64,000 nucleotides of DNA, from the NCBI GenBank assembly GCA_963663165.1, contig OY760175.1:3520001-3584000 (forward strand). Direction: 5' to 3'. Of this stretch, positions 30,879 through 42,000 are shown piece after piece. The notes beneath the pieces were generated by a model. That model ran no database searches and was not told the origin of the DNA. It saw nothing but the letters and a program-made list of their open reading frames with translations. The position numbers and the translations under genes are program-made. Numbering within the stretch: the first letter of the stretch is position 1; every line of letters begins with the position of its first letter. This DNA is from an uncultured Desulfospira sp. Lineage in GTDB: Bacteria > Desulfobacterota > Desulfobacteria > Desulfobacterales > Desulfobacteraceae.

Positions 30879-32686
30879 ATTCCGGAGCCAAGGCCTGGCT
30901 CGCGCTCAGCCGGAATTTAACCCGGCTTTACCACGATACACTGCCGGGGGCATTGTTCCCGAATCCCCCGGACGTCAGGTTTCGGCCCAAAGAGAATCGT
31001 TGTTCTTGCGGCAGGACTCTTTTTGTCCAGAAAACCAGACGAAAAACCGTGTTTACCATGAGCGGTCCTTTTAAAGCCCATGAGACCCTGTACCACTGCC
31101 GGACATGCCGAAAAGTTTACCGTTCGAAAGATTTGCGGAACATCGTTGCCAGATATTGTAATGTGGCATGGGATGTCCTTGTCTTTGTCGGTAAAAGTCT
31201 TTACCATCGCTGTCTGACAACTGATGAGGTCTGCCTTGAACTTATGCTCAAAAATATTGATTTGAGCCCTTCAGAAGTCGAATACCTTGGACGCAAATTC
31301 ATTCTCTACCTCGCATTGGCGCACCAGCAGGCCACCCCTCGCATTGAACAGGCCATGAACCGCAGCGGCGGATACATATTGCACCTGGATGCCACCCATG
31401 AAGGAGATGCTCCAGTTCTGATGACCGGGATGGACGGTCTGAAGCAGATTGTACTGGGCAATGTAAAAATCCCCAGCGAACATACCGACCATATCGTACC
31501 TTTCCTTGAGCAACTGCAAAGAAACTACGGCCCCCCCATTGCCTGTGTCCATGACATGGGGACTGGTATCTGTAAAGCAGTGTCCCTGGTTTTTCCTGGT
31601 ACCCGAGACTTTGTCTGCCATTTTCATTTTCTGCGGGATGCTGGAAAGGATCTGCTCGAACCCTCTTACGGTCAATTAAGAAAAACCCTGCAAAAACATG
31701 CCGCCACCACCAGGCTGGGTGAAATTATCCGCGATCTTCACCAACGGATTGATAACCATGCTCTTGATGCGGAGCACCTGACAGCTGCCATTACAGAAGG
31801 ACATACGTTAGAAACTATGGATCAGACATCTTCGGCTTCGATCTATTCTCTGTGCCTGTGGTGCCTACAGGGTAAAAAAGAAGGAAACGGATATGGGTTC
31901 CCGTTTGATCGACCACTTCTGGCCTTTGCCCGCAGAATTGCGCAATTGAAAGATTCTCTACCCTCCATTCAAAAAAAGGTCCCCCGGGACAAAGTTGGAG
32001 AACGGTTATTTGGCAAGCTCAATAACCTGGCCAAAAATATCTGTAATGATCCCGATTTCATTCGATCTATTGATGATCTTGAATGGCGGACCCTGCTTTT
32101 TGATGACCTCCGGAGAAAAATGCGTATTGCAGATCCTTCCGGACGGAACGGCTTGAATGATGATGGATCGAACAAATCCATGAACAGTATCCAAAAAGCC
32201 GTAGGCCGATTCCGTTCGAGACTTGATAAAAACACCAAGTACAAAAGAGATCTGCTTTGTCAAAAGTTGGCTAAACAGATCGATAAATACGATGAACGAC
32301 TGTTTGCAGATCCCATTGAGGTCGACACTCCGTCCGGAAAAATAACCATCTATCCTCAGCGCACCAACAACCTGTTGGAACAATTTTTTCGGGGGCTGCG
32401 CCGTGATCATCGAAGAAAAACCGGTAACAACTCAATGCGGCGGATTTTGCATGCAATGCTGGCTGACACGCCCCTGATAAAAAATTTGGGAAATCCTGAG
32501 TATATGCACTTGCTTCTGAATGGGAAGAAAAATCTTGAAGAACTGTTCGCGGACCTCGAAATCGACGGATATGAACCTATTTCTTCAATTTCTCATACCG
32601 ACCGGGTACTGCCGGGCTTTAGGAAATTGATAATAATGGATAATCTGCCGGAAAAAATTCAACTGGCTTTGGAGAAATGTTCATGA
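30860..32686 (+). CDS. IS orfB, transposase catalytic part (-1 frame relative to orfA)
   Basis: Zn-ribbon CSCG...CRTC; D (HLDAT), D (VHDMG), CHFH (CxxH) and E (RTNNLLEQFFR). Confidence 0.85.
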   Translation, partial: DKKKGLNSGAKAWLALSRNLTRLYHDTLPGALFPNPPDVRFRPKENRCSCGRTLFVQKTRRKTVFTMSGPFKAHETLYHCRTCRKVYRSKDLRNIVARYCNVAWDVLVFVGKSLYHRCLTTDEVCLELMLKNIDLSPSEVEYLGRKFILYLALAHQQATPRIEQAMNRSGGYILHLDATHEGDAPVLMTGMDGLKQIVLGNVKIPSEHTDHIVPFLEQLQRNYGPPIACVHDMGTGICKAVSLVFPGTRDFVCHFHFLRDAGKDLLEPSYGQLRKTLQKHAATTRLGEIIRDLHQRIDNHALDAEHLTAAITEGHTLETMDQTSSASIYSLCLWCLQGKKEGNGYGFPFDRPLLAFARRIAQLKDSLPSIQKKVPRDKVGERLFGKLNNLAKNICNDPDFIRSIDDLEWRTLLFDDLRRKMRIADPSGRNGLNDDGSNKSMNSIQKAVGRFRSRLDKNTKYKRDLLCQKLAKQIDKYDERLFADPIEVDTPSGKITIYPQRTNNLLEQFFRGLRRDHRRKTGNNSMRRILHAMLADTPLIKNLGNPEYMHLLLNGKKNLEELFADLEIDGYEPISSISHTDRVLPGFRKLIIMDNLPEKIQLALEKCS

Positions 32687-32751
32687 TTCTACAAAATCCA
32701 ACTGAATTTTGTGGTCATAGAATTTACCTGTTGAATCTTTCCACTTATATT

Positions 32752-33258
32752 CTATCTCAAATTTGATATTCCTTCTTTTCTACTGAACCTGGAAATTCCT
32801 AAAACACCAATTCCCAACAAAATTATAGTTGAGGGAATCGGCACAGATGAATAAGTCAAATCAACCTGGCCTATTATATAATCGCCTTCACTTGAGGAGC
32901 CTTTGCTAAAGCTTATTAGATTTAATCCATCAATTAGCATTCCAGTCACATCAAAGGTTATATATTGCGGATTAGGAAAATATGCTTGATTAGCCACAAA
33001 ATTCCCTGCAAGAGATCCATTAAAATAGACATTAACGTCAACGTCAGGGCTGTTATAAAGGCCAAATTTAATATCTAAAGTTGCACTAAAAGAATTCGAA
33101 GGTGTCACTGCATTTAGTTCGACTTCAACATTTCCTGCACTGTCACTAACCCCGGTTATACCCAGATCCCCTGTCGACACAATAGCGGCTTCGCTTTTGG
33201 TCATCAAACCCACAGATAACAATGTCAATATTAACCCAATTAGAATTTTTTTCCCCAT
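32752..33258 (-). CDS. PEP-CTERM-type (VPIP variant) exosortase target protein, 168 aa
   Basis: Signal peptide MGKKILIGLILTLLSVGLMTKSEA. C-terminus VPIPSTIILLGIGVLGISRFSRK (motif, TM helix, basic tail). Visibly AT-richer than the upstream genes. Confidence 0.85.
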   Translation of the reverse strand: MGKKILIGLILTLLSVGLMTKSEAAIVSTGDLGITGVSDSAGNVEVELNAVTPSNSFSATLDIKFGLYNSPDVDVNVYFNGSLAGNFVANQAYFPNPQYITFDVTGMLIDGLNLISFSKGSSSEGDYIIGQVDLTYSSVPIPSTIILLGIGVLGISRFSRKEGISNLR

Positions 33259-33374
33259 AACATACCCCCATAATGTTGATGTCACTAATAAATGAAATAG
33301 TATACATTGATGACTGTTAACGCACTCTTTATGATAATAAATCCCTTTTTTAGGTTCAAGGCAGCCAAAGGCGG

Positions 33375-36002
33375 TCATTGGGATTCAACCGTACAGCCAA
33401 AATAAACCCGGAACAGCAGCAGGTCCCACTGGTTGACTTCACCATCCAGGGTGAGGTCTCCGCTGGCACCCGGGGCTAAACCGGTAAGGCCCATCAGGCC
33501 GCTGAAAATGGCAACATCCTTTCCGTCCACATCCCCGTCATTGTCCAGGTCGGCATCTGGGCTGCACGGGAAATCCGGGGAATACCCATAGACCCGGGTG
33601 AACCATTCAAGATCTGTGGCGTCAACCAAACCGTCTGAATTAAAATCGGCCCGGTCTATCATATCGGCATCCACAATGGTGCCGGTCAAAATGCCCATGA
33701 GCAGCGAAAGATCCTTGCCGTCAATATCCCAATCCTGGTCCAGGTCGCCGTACCGGGGCGGGTAGAAAGGCCGGTTGCCGCTGTCGGCCGGGTTAAAGCC
33801 GGTATGGTATTCTTCGCCGTCCCAGTATCCGTCCTTGTCGCTGTCCGTATCAAAGGGATCGGTGCCGCTGTCGATTTCCAGGGTATTGGTCAGGCCGTCA
33901 TTGTCCTCGTCGCCTGAAGCGGTAAAGGTGGTAAACGACCAGACAGGCCCTTCAGCCTGAGCCCCGTGGGTGTCCGTTGCAATGATCTGCCAGAAATAGG
34001 TGGTGCCGAATAATAACTGCGCTGGCTCGTAGATTTCAAGGTCCAGGGTGGCCAGGGATTCAAGGGTCTCTTCACTCATCCCCATCAGGACCTCGTACTC
34101 AACCTCATCCCCGTCCGGATCTCCGCCGGTCCACAGCAGTGTCAGATCAACCGACATATTTTCGGCTTCATCCCCGGGTTCCGGATAAGAGGGCACATCA
34201 GGTGCCGCATTCTCGGCCGGGTCGGTATTGTAAAGATATTCATCCAGATCCGTTATTCCGTCACCGTCATAATCCCCGGTGCCGTCACGGTCCAGGGTGC
34301 CGAAATGATCAAGCTCCCACTGGTCGTCCATGCCGTCCCCGTCTGAGTCAATTTCAGAATAGATCACCAGGGTGGCGGTCCGGGAATGGGCTAATTCGCC
34401 GTCCGAGGCCGTGAAGGTCACGGTATAGGATCCGGCCTGGCCGGTTGCCGGGGTCCAGTCAAACAGGCCCTCACCGTCCCCCTTGTCCTGAAAGGATGCC
34501 CCGGCCGGCAGGGTGGACGTTGACAAAGATGGAATGGTGCCGTTGGGGTCACTTGCCTCAACAATAAACGACAACTGCCGTGTTTCGCTGCGTTTTTTGT
34601 CCGGGATGTATTGAAGCACCGGGGCCTGGGCCAGCACTTCCGGATCTTCGAACACGATGGTGTAATAGGTGTCCTCAGGAACATTGGTGTCAAACAGGTA
34701 AAAATGATACTCCCAGGGGTTGTTCTTTTCCCGGGTTTTGCATAGCCAGACATTGTCTTCGGGCATGGCTTTACCGTCGGAACGGATGGCGGACAGGATC
34801 TCCTTGGTGCCGGACAGGGGGTCTGTGAATTTAACCAGCATGGGGCCGTCCGTTTCCGGTACGGTCACGATGTAAGTGGTCTGGGTGCCGCTGGTCCCGC
34901 TTTTCGTCATCGAAGTTGAGGCGGCTCCGCTCTGGTCTGTTACACTGGTCCGGCCCACATTATCCGATTCGTAGACAAGGTAGTCATTGTCGGAGGGATC
35001 TGCGGTTTCCAGGGCCAGAAAATCCCGGATCTCATCCCGGCCATCCAGGTCCACCAGCACATCATGGACCAGAAAATGGGTATTGGCCGCTGAAACCAGG
35101 GAGGTCAGCTCCCCGCCCAGCTCATCGGAGTGGGTATATTCAGCCGTGAATTCCACAAACTCCCCGTAAAGGGAACAGGTCATGATCCACCGGGCCGTGC
35201 CCGCATCATTGGGCGCAATATCGCCAAAGTCCACCAGCAGGCTTTCGCTCTCTTCCTGCCCGTTCACCTCACTGCCATGGATATAAAAATTGATCAAAAG
35301 GCCATGCTCATTTTCCACGATCTTGGGCTGGGCCGATTCAATGGCCAGGGAATGGGCGGTTCCATCGCCGGTGTTGCTCACCCGGACCCCTAAGGAAAAG
35401 GGAATCTCAGCCTCAATTTCATCGGTAAAGGGATCATCGGCGTAAACATAATGGGGAATAAAATAATCCAGAATGAGATCCGGCAACGGCTTGACATAGA
35501 TATAATCCGGGGACACCTCGGTCACATATTCCACACCATTAATGGTGTAGGTTAACTTTGCCCCCACATAATAAAGGGTGCCTGATTCAAACCCCTGGCT
35601 TGCCCCCTGGGCCGGGATAATCAGCCAGTGGATATCGGCCACGGTATCCGCCGCCACAATGCCGGCACCATCAACGTCGTCTATGTTGCTCTTGGTATCC
35701 ACCTTGATGAAAAACAGGGCATTATCATCCTTGGGGTCTGATGAGGCACCCACACTGTTGCCGTCTTCATCGGCAAAGGAAACTTCGATTTTAACATCTT
35801 CTAAGGATACGAGGGTCAGGCCGTTGGTAATCCTCATGTGGGCATCAAAGGCCTGGCGCTCCAGGGTCAGTTCCTGGTCAATCTGGATTTTTACCCGGGC
35901 ACAGACCGATTCATCCCCCATGGCAGTTAAAGGAAAAAACAATCCCGTGGCGGCCAGCACCGCCATCATCACAACTTTGGCAATATATCCATTCTTTTTC
36001 AT
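33375..36002 (-). CDS. Secreted 875-aa protein: uncharacterised N-terminal domain, Ig/cadherin-like, TSP3-like Ca-binding repeats, FN3, C-terminal dockerin-like repeats
   Basis: Signal peptide; DSDGDGMDD, DYDGDGITD, DEDNDGL and DSDKDGY repeats; four DxNxDGxxDxxD-type loops (GDLDQDWDIDGKDL, ADFNSDGLVDATDL, ADLDNDGDVDGKDV, GDLTLDGEVNQWDL). Confidence 0.85.
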   Translation of the reverse strand: MKKNGYIAKVVMMAVLAATGLFFPLTAMGDESVCARVKIQIDQELTLERQAFDAHMRITNGLTLVSLEDVKIEVSFADEDGNSVGASSDPKDDNALFFIKVDTKSNIDDVDGAGIVAADTVADIHWLIIPAQGASQGFESGTLYYVGAKLTYTINGVEYVTEVSPDYIYVKPLPDLILDYFIPHYVYADDPFTDEIEAEIPFSLGVRVSNTGDGTAHSLAIESAQPKIVENEHGLLINFYIHGSEVNGQEESESLLVDFGDIAPNDAGTARWIMTCSLYGEFVEFTAEYTHSDELGGELTSLVSAANTHFLVHDVLVDLDGRDEIRDFLALETADPSDNDYLVYESDNVGRTSVTDQSGAASTSMTKSGTSGTQTTYIVTVPETDGPMLVKFTDPLSGTKEILSAIRSDGKAMPEDNVWLCKTREKNNPWEYHFYLFDTNVPEDTYYTIVFEDPEVLAQAPVLQYIPDKKRSETRQLSFIVEASDPNGTIPSLSTSTLPAGASFQDKGDGEGLFDWTPATGQAGSYTVTFTASDGELAHSRTATLVIYSEIDSDGDGMDDQWELDHFGTLDRDGTGDYDGDGITDLDEYLYNTDPAENAAPDVPSYPEPGDEAENMSVDLTLLWTGGDPDGDEVEYEVLMGMSEETLESLATLDLEIYEPAQLLFGTTYFWQIIATDTHGAQAEGPVWSFTTFTASGDEDNDGLTNTLEIDSGTDPFDTDSDKDGYWDGEEYHTGFNPADSGNRPFYPPRYGDLDQDWDIDGKDLSLLMGILTGTIVDADMIDRADFNSDGLVDATDLEWFTRVYGYSPDFPCSPDADLDNDGDVDGKDVAIFSGLMGLTGLAPGASGDLTLDGEVNQWDLLLFRVYFGCTVESQ

Positions 36003-36065
36003 TGTTCTTCCCCAGCCTGTTGTCCCCGTCTATATTTCTTCAAATTGCCGCCCGCCATGTATCCG

Positions 36066-39000
36066 TTAGAATGAAACACTGGCACATCCCCCGGCAGAGC
36101 AGGACAAGGCCCCTAAATCCACACTGCCGTCAAATCCAAGTATGGTTCCTGTCGCACAGTTGCCGGTCACATTTGAAGGCGGAAAAGGCTTTAGGGGAAT
36201 GTCCACAGAGCAGCTGACAGGGCCGAAATTACATGAGCCGTACAGTTTAGCCGACCCCTCGGCTTCCTTTGGACAGCATGTGGTCTTCCCAACACCCATC
36301 AGCGGGCGCCATCCCGGCCCGGCAACACCAACGCAGGCAGCGATACACGCCTCAATGGTAATGACCTCGTCCATTTGCATGGTTTCACAATCACAGCACT
36401 CTTTGGCTTCAAGCTTTCCACTGATCTCAAAACCGGCCAGCCCCATGACCGGCATACACCCGGTAGATCCTTGAAAGCCGGCACTGACACTTCTCGTGCC
36501 AAAGGGATCGATTTTATTGCCGGGGTTGGCATCGGCATACACATAATAATTGATATCAATGTCCGAAAAAGCGCCGAAGCAGGTTTTACCGGCCCGGTAA
36601 TTGCCGACAACCGGACGGTTCCCCAATCCCAACGGATCCGGCTGCAGATACCGGCCGGTTGACGGATCATAATACCTGAAATAATTGTAATGGAGCCCGG
36701 ACTCCTCATCCCTGTAGTGCCCGGGCAGCCGCAGCGGGTTGGTAATGGTAGACCCCGCATCCACCCGGGCCGTCCCATAGACATCATAATCCGCCGACCA
36801 TACCGTTATTCCGTTGATATCCGTCATCTTGACGGGTTTTCCAATCCGGTCGGTATGGTAAAAAAAGCAGTCATCGCCGGTTCTCATAAAGACAGGGTTA
36901 TAAGAGTTCATGGTCCCGGGAACATAACCATAGGTGCGGATAAAATCGCCGTCATCATCACATTCCCCCACCAGCCCTTCATCGGCATAGATGAAAAAGG
37001 TGTTTACCCCGCCAACCTCTTTGCTGATGCGCCGGCCAAAAGGATCATAACCGTATGCGGCAATCTCACCGGCTGAATCGGATTGAATCTTGATCAACCT
37101 GTTTTCATGATCATAGGTGTAGTAGAATTTATCTGTGGCGGTTTCTTTTGAAGCCACATTTCCATTGGCGTCATAGGTGTAGGCGGCACCATCGCCGGCC
37201 GTCAGCTGGTCATTGGTATTATAGGCCCAGGTTCCCGGTGACATCCGGTTGTTCATGCCATCAAAGGTGTATTCGGTGATTCCTCGGGCAGGATCATCCA
37301 CCCGGACCAGGCGATACAGGTTGTCATACGCATAGGAAACCGTTCCGGCCAACGATGATATGGAGGTCACGTTGGCCTGGTTATCCAATTCATAGCCAAG
37401 ATCCATCACCGACGTTCCGCCCGGGTCTTTGGCCGTAATGGCCTTGGCCTGGTTGAAGGCATCGTATTCAAATTCTTTCAGGGTTCCTCCCGGCAGCAGG
37501 ATGCTGGCGGGGCTGGACCATTCATAGGCGTTGTAAGAGACAATCCCCGCATCCGGAATGGAGATGGTGCTGATCCGGTTGTCTTTGGTATGGGTGTAGT
37601 CAACCGTTATTCCGTCGGGGCCGGTAAAGCTTTTGACCAGTCCATTGCCGTAATACGCATACGCATAGGTCTTGGTAAAGGAACCATAATGCACAGTCGC
37701 GGAGGTTTTCTGATGGGCCCGGTCATATGTAAATTCTGCGGACAGGGTTCCGTCACTATAACCGGTCATGTTCCCGCCCATATCCCAGGTAAAGGTCACG
37801 GTTTTAGACGCAGTTGTTTCACCGGCATTGATATAACGGATGGCCGCCAGTTTATTAACGGCATTGTAATCATATGCCGTAACCTGTCCTTTGGCATCGG
37901 TCCGGCTTGCCAAATTTCCGTTCTCATCATAGGTATACGTGGTTTCCTGCCCGCCAGGCCGGGTTTCCTTAACCAGCCGGTTGTTCAAATCGTATTCAAA
38001 GGCAGTGGTGTGTCCGTTGGCATCAGTTAAGCCGGTCATGTTTTTTTGTTCATCATAGGTATAGGAGATACTGGTCCCGCCGGGCCGGATTTCCTTAACC
38101 TTTCTTCCCACAGCGTCATATTCATAGCTGGTGGTCAGGCCGTTCATGTCGGTAACGGCAGTGACATTGCCCGTCTCATCATACTCGGTGGTCCGCTCCC
38201 GGGCGGCTGTGCCGTCAAGGGGTTCATACCGGTCCCTTATTTTCCGGCCCAGGCGGTCATAATCCTGGCCCACTTCCATGGTGGGATACTGTATCACTGA
38301 CGGCTCCCCGGTTCCCGAACCGGAGCAGGCCGGGCATCCCACCGCCGAATCCTGGTCATATTCAAAAGTGGCCTGCTTTCCGGCGGAGGTGCCTTTGGAA
38401 ATCAACCGGCCCAAATTGTCATACCCGAAAACCAGATAGCTCCCCTCAGCATCGGTCTGCTGAAGGACCTTGCCTTCGAAATCGCGCTGATAAACGGTTT
38501 CGTTCCCTAAGGGATCGGTCTGTTTGACCAACCGGTCCTTGATGTCATAGGCAAATTGAACCACACCGCCCAGGGGATCGGTCTGCGTTGTCCGGTTGCC
38601 CACGGCATCGTATGTATAGGTAATCACATTGGGCTCGGATTCATCTTCCGAAGGACCGGTTTCCGTTATCAAATTGCCGGCATTATCGTATTCGTACGTC
38701 CAGGTATTTCCCCGGGGATCGGTTTTGGTCAGGGGCATGCCAAGATAGTTGTGGGTGTAAGTTGTTGTATTCCCTTCCGGATCAGTGCTTGAGGTCATAT
38801 TCCCGTATCCATCGTATGCCATTTCTATGACGCTGTCCGGCACGCTCTCATCTCCCATCACAGTGGTCTGTTTTAACTCATTGCCGTATTCGTCATAGGT
38901 GAACTCGTGGATAATCTCATCATCGGTTCCCGGGGCCTGGACCCGCCGGGTCAGGTTCCTGTCGTCATCATATTCATAGGTGACCACGGTTCCGTTCTTT

Positions 39001-42000
39001 TTGACCCGTCTGACTTTTAATTTGGTGGCCGGATCATACTCGGTTTCTTCCACGGACCCGTCAGGATAGGTCTTTTTGATCAACTGGTTCCATTCATCAA
39101 ATTCATAGATGGTTTTATATCCCCGCTCATCGGTTTTGATCCGTTTCCGGTTCCCGTATACATTTTCCTCAATGGTCGTCCCGTTGAGGTCTGTCCGGGT
39201 CACCCGCCCGAGTTCATCATACCAGATTTCCTTTACCCGGCCGTTGGGATAGGTCACCATGGCGTAAATCTCGTTCTGGGCATCGTTCTGGGCATAGCTG
39301 TAGGATGTCCGGTTGCCCTTGTCGTCGACAATGGCCGAAACCCAGCCAAAGGCATTGTATTCCATTTGCGTGGTCCGCCCGGCCGGGTCGGTCTTTGAAA
39401 TCATCCACCCGTTTTCATCATAGGTATACTGGAATGTATTTTCCAGTACATCCGTGACCTGGGTGAGCCGGCCGTCGGCATCATAATCATAAGAGACCTG
39501 CCGGCCGTAACCGTCTTCGACAAGTTTCACCTGTCCGTCTGCGGTATAGTCATACCAGAGAACGGCATTTCCCTTATTGTCTTCGATATGGGAAAGCCGG
39601 TCCGGATCGGTGCTGTCATACACATAGGTAAAATAGGTCTGATCATGGTTTCCCCTGGTTTTAACCCGTCCCTCAAGATCATAACGGATCCAGTTTTCAA
39701 GCTTATCTTTCCATAAAAAGCCGTCTGCGTCCCTGAAGATATGCTTGACCTTATTAAAGGTGTAGACGGTTCCCAGGGCGTCGGATTTTTCGTATTTCAC
39801 CCCGTCTTTTGAAATGGTGTAGGGAATGGAAGCATTGGCTGAATCATAGTTGAGCCCCAGCACCGACCCCACATTTTTAAAGTGCCATTCCTGGTCATAG
39901 TAATACCGGCGGACCGCCAGTGTCTCCCCCGGAATCTTCAAAAACAGATCAACCTCATCATCCTCGTAATCACCGCTCATCAGGTTGACGTAACTGGCCA
40001 CCTCATCTCTGGCAAACTCTTTGCAGCACTCGTCATCCACTTCGCACACCGCAACGATTCTGCAAATCACACCAATGGGAATTTCTTCCGGCGGGGTGTA
40101 ACTGGTGTCGAAGCCTGTAATGGTAAATCCTGGCCCGCCACTGCTGTCACCGGGCTCCGCCGCAAAATTAAAGCAGTCGCCGTCAATATAGACAAACCGT
40201 ACACACCGGACTTCTTCCCAGACACTGCCATTGGTACATTCAAACAAATACCACAGGCAGGTTTCATCCCCGTAGCTGAAGCAGTCTCCCCCGGCACCCT
40301 CATCGTTTCCGGTGAGGCTGGCAAGACAGGTGACCCGGTAAGGAACCGTTATGGATTCCTTGGCTTCAATGGTGTCCGGGATATTGGCCAGAAGCTCATA
40401 TTTAAAATACTCATTGGACTCGGGCAACGTAAACTCAATCTCTTCAGCCCGGATCAGGCCGTAATTGGTAAACCGGATTTCACCGGTGAGCACATCGCCG
40501 GGTTCCATATCCGGCAGGGTAATGGACGCGGGCTCGGCAATGACAACGGCTGCCGGCACATCGGTCTCGTAAGTGGCGTTTAACACCACCTCGTATTTGT
40601 CTTGAATACTGGTCTCCACCACGGACCACTCCACACTGACCAGGTTGTACCCCATGAACACGTCTTCAGTGGCGGTAATGTCCGGTTTGATCCAGACCCG
40701 CCCAATGACCTGGTCATGGTTATCCGCAGTCAAACGGTATTTATACCGGCCTGTGGGAAGGTCTGAAAAGGTAAGCTCACCGTATTGGTCGGTTTGACCG
40801 CTGTAGGTCTGGCTTGTATCGGCTTCATACGCCAAGGTCAGGTTTGCACCGGCAAGCCCCTGAATCACTTCGTTGTTCTCGTCTTTGGTGCCGGTATAAA
40901 TATCCGACACCTTGAACAGGATATTTCCAATCCCGGAATCGGACACCGTCACCCTAACCGGGATATCAACCGCGGTGTAGTTGGAGCTGGTCACCCTGAC
41001 ATAAAAATCATAGTCCCCTTCAGCAGCACTGCCGTCTATGGGGGCAAAAACAACGGATAAATCCATGCTTTCGCCAACGTCAAGGGCGTCCACTCCCGAG
41101 GGCTGGTTCAGCAGTGCCCAGTCCGGCACCGGGGTATCATCCTGGGTGACCAGTTCAATGGCCAGATCCGTAAGCCGGATAAACCCCTGGTTTTCAAGGG
41201 CCAGATTTTCGGTCACACTGTCATCCAAGGCCACGCTGGTTTCAATGGCGCTGGGGGTATAGGAAAGGATGGGACCCACATCGGTGAGCCCGATATCCAC
41301 GGCAAGGGTTCCCAGGCTTCCGTCCGGCTGTTCATCGCTGACCAGGGTAAGGGTCAAAGACAGGGTCTCTTCGGCCGTGTTATCGGCCCACAGGCTGATG
41401 GTGATGGTCCCGGTTTCCCCGGCACCAAGGCTTGAAAGCCCATCGCCCGTATCCACATGAATGCCCTGGGGGATATCTGATGCTTCAAATGCCAGGTGGG
41501 TGGCCGAAGCCGCCTCACCCGCCGTAAGGGTGACCACGATATCCCGGGTATAGTTCCGGGCCATGGTCAGTTCATAGCTTCCCGGTGTAAAGGTGATCCG
41601 GGCGGTGTTTGGATCCGTGATGGTAAAACTGCCCTGAACAGGGCGGTCCCTTAAGTCCGGATGGATAACGCAGACCTGGTATTCCCCGTATTCGCCCTCA
41701 CTGGGTTCAAAGGGATAGGAAAAGCAGCCGTCACTGCCCGTAAACACATCAACGGTTCTCTCAAACCCGTCCAGGGTAATGACCAGGGTCAACGGGACCT
41801 CGGCCAGGGCTGCCCCGTCATTTCGGTCCACGGCCTGACCGGTGATCACGATATCCTGATCACCCAGGGATTCATCGGGGTCAATGCTTAACAGTTCACC
41901 GGTATAGGCCGTATCCACCAGGGTGATGTCCCGGCCGGTTTGCACCCCGTCCATTTCCACGGCCGGATCTTCTCCCAGGTGGTAATAGACACTGCTGATT

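Larger units (their letters stand above)
29965..32720 (+). mobile_element. Complete 2756-bp insertion sequence, Mutator-like/IS256-superfamily-type DDE, two ORFs joined by -1 frameshift
   Basis: 26-bp TIRs CTATGATCACAAATAACGGTTGGATT and CTATGACCACAAAATTCAGTTGGATT (21/26). 8-bp direct repeat AATTTACC at 29957-64 and 32721-28. Confidence 0.92.

Noticed and set aside
36002..36217. Small ORF after or over the RHS tip as an immunity gene
   Set aside because: It is on the opposite strand and overlaps the RHS gene, and the same-strand gap is only 63 bp.
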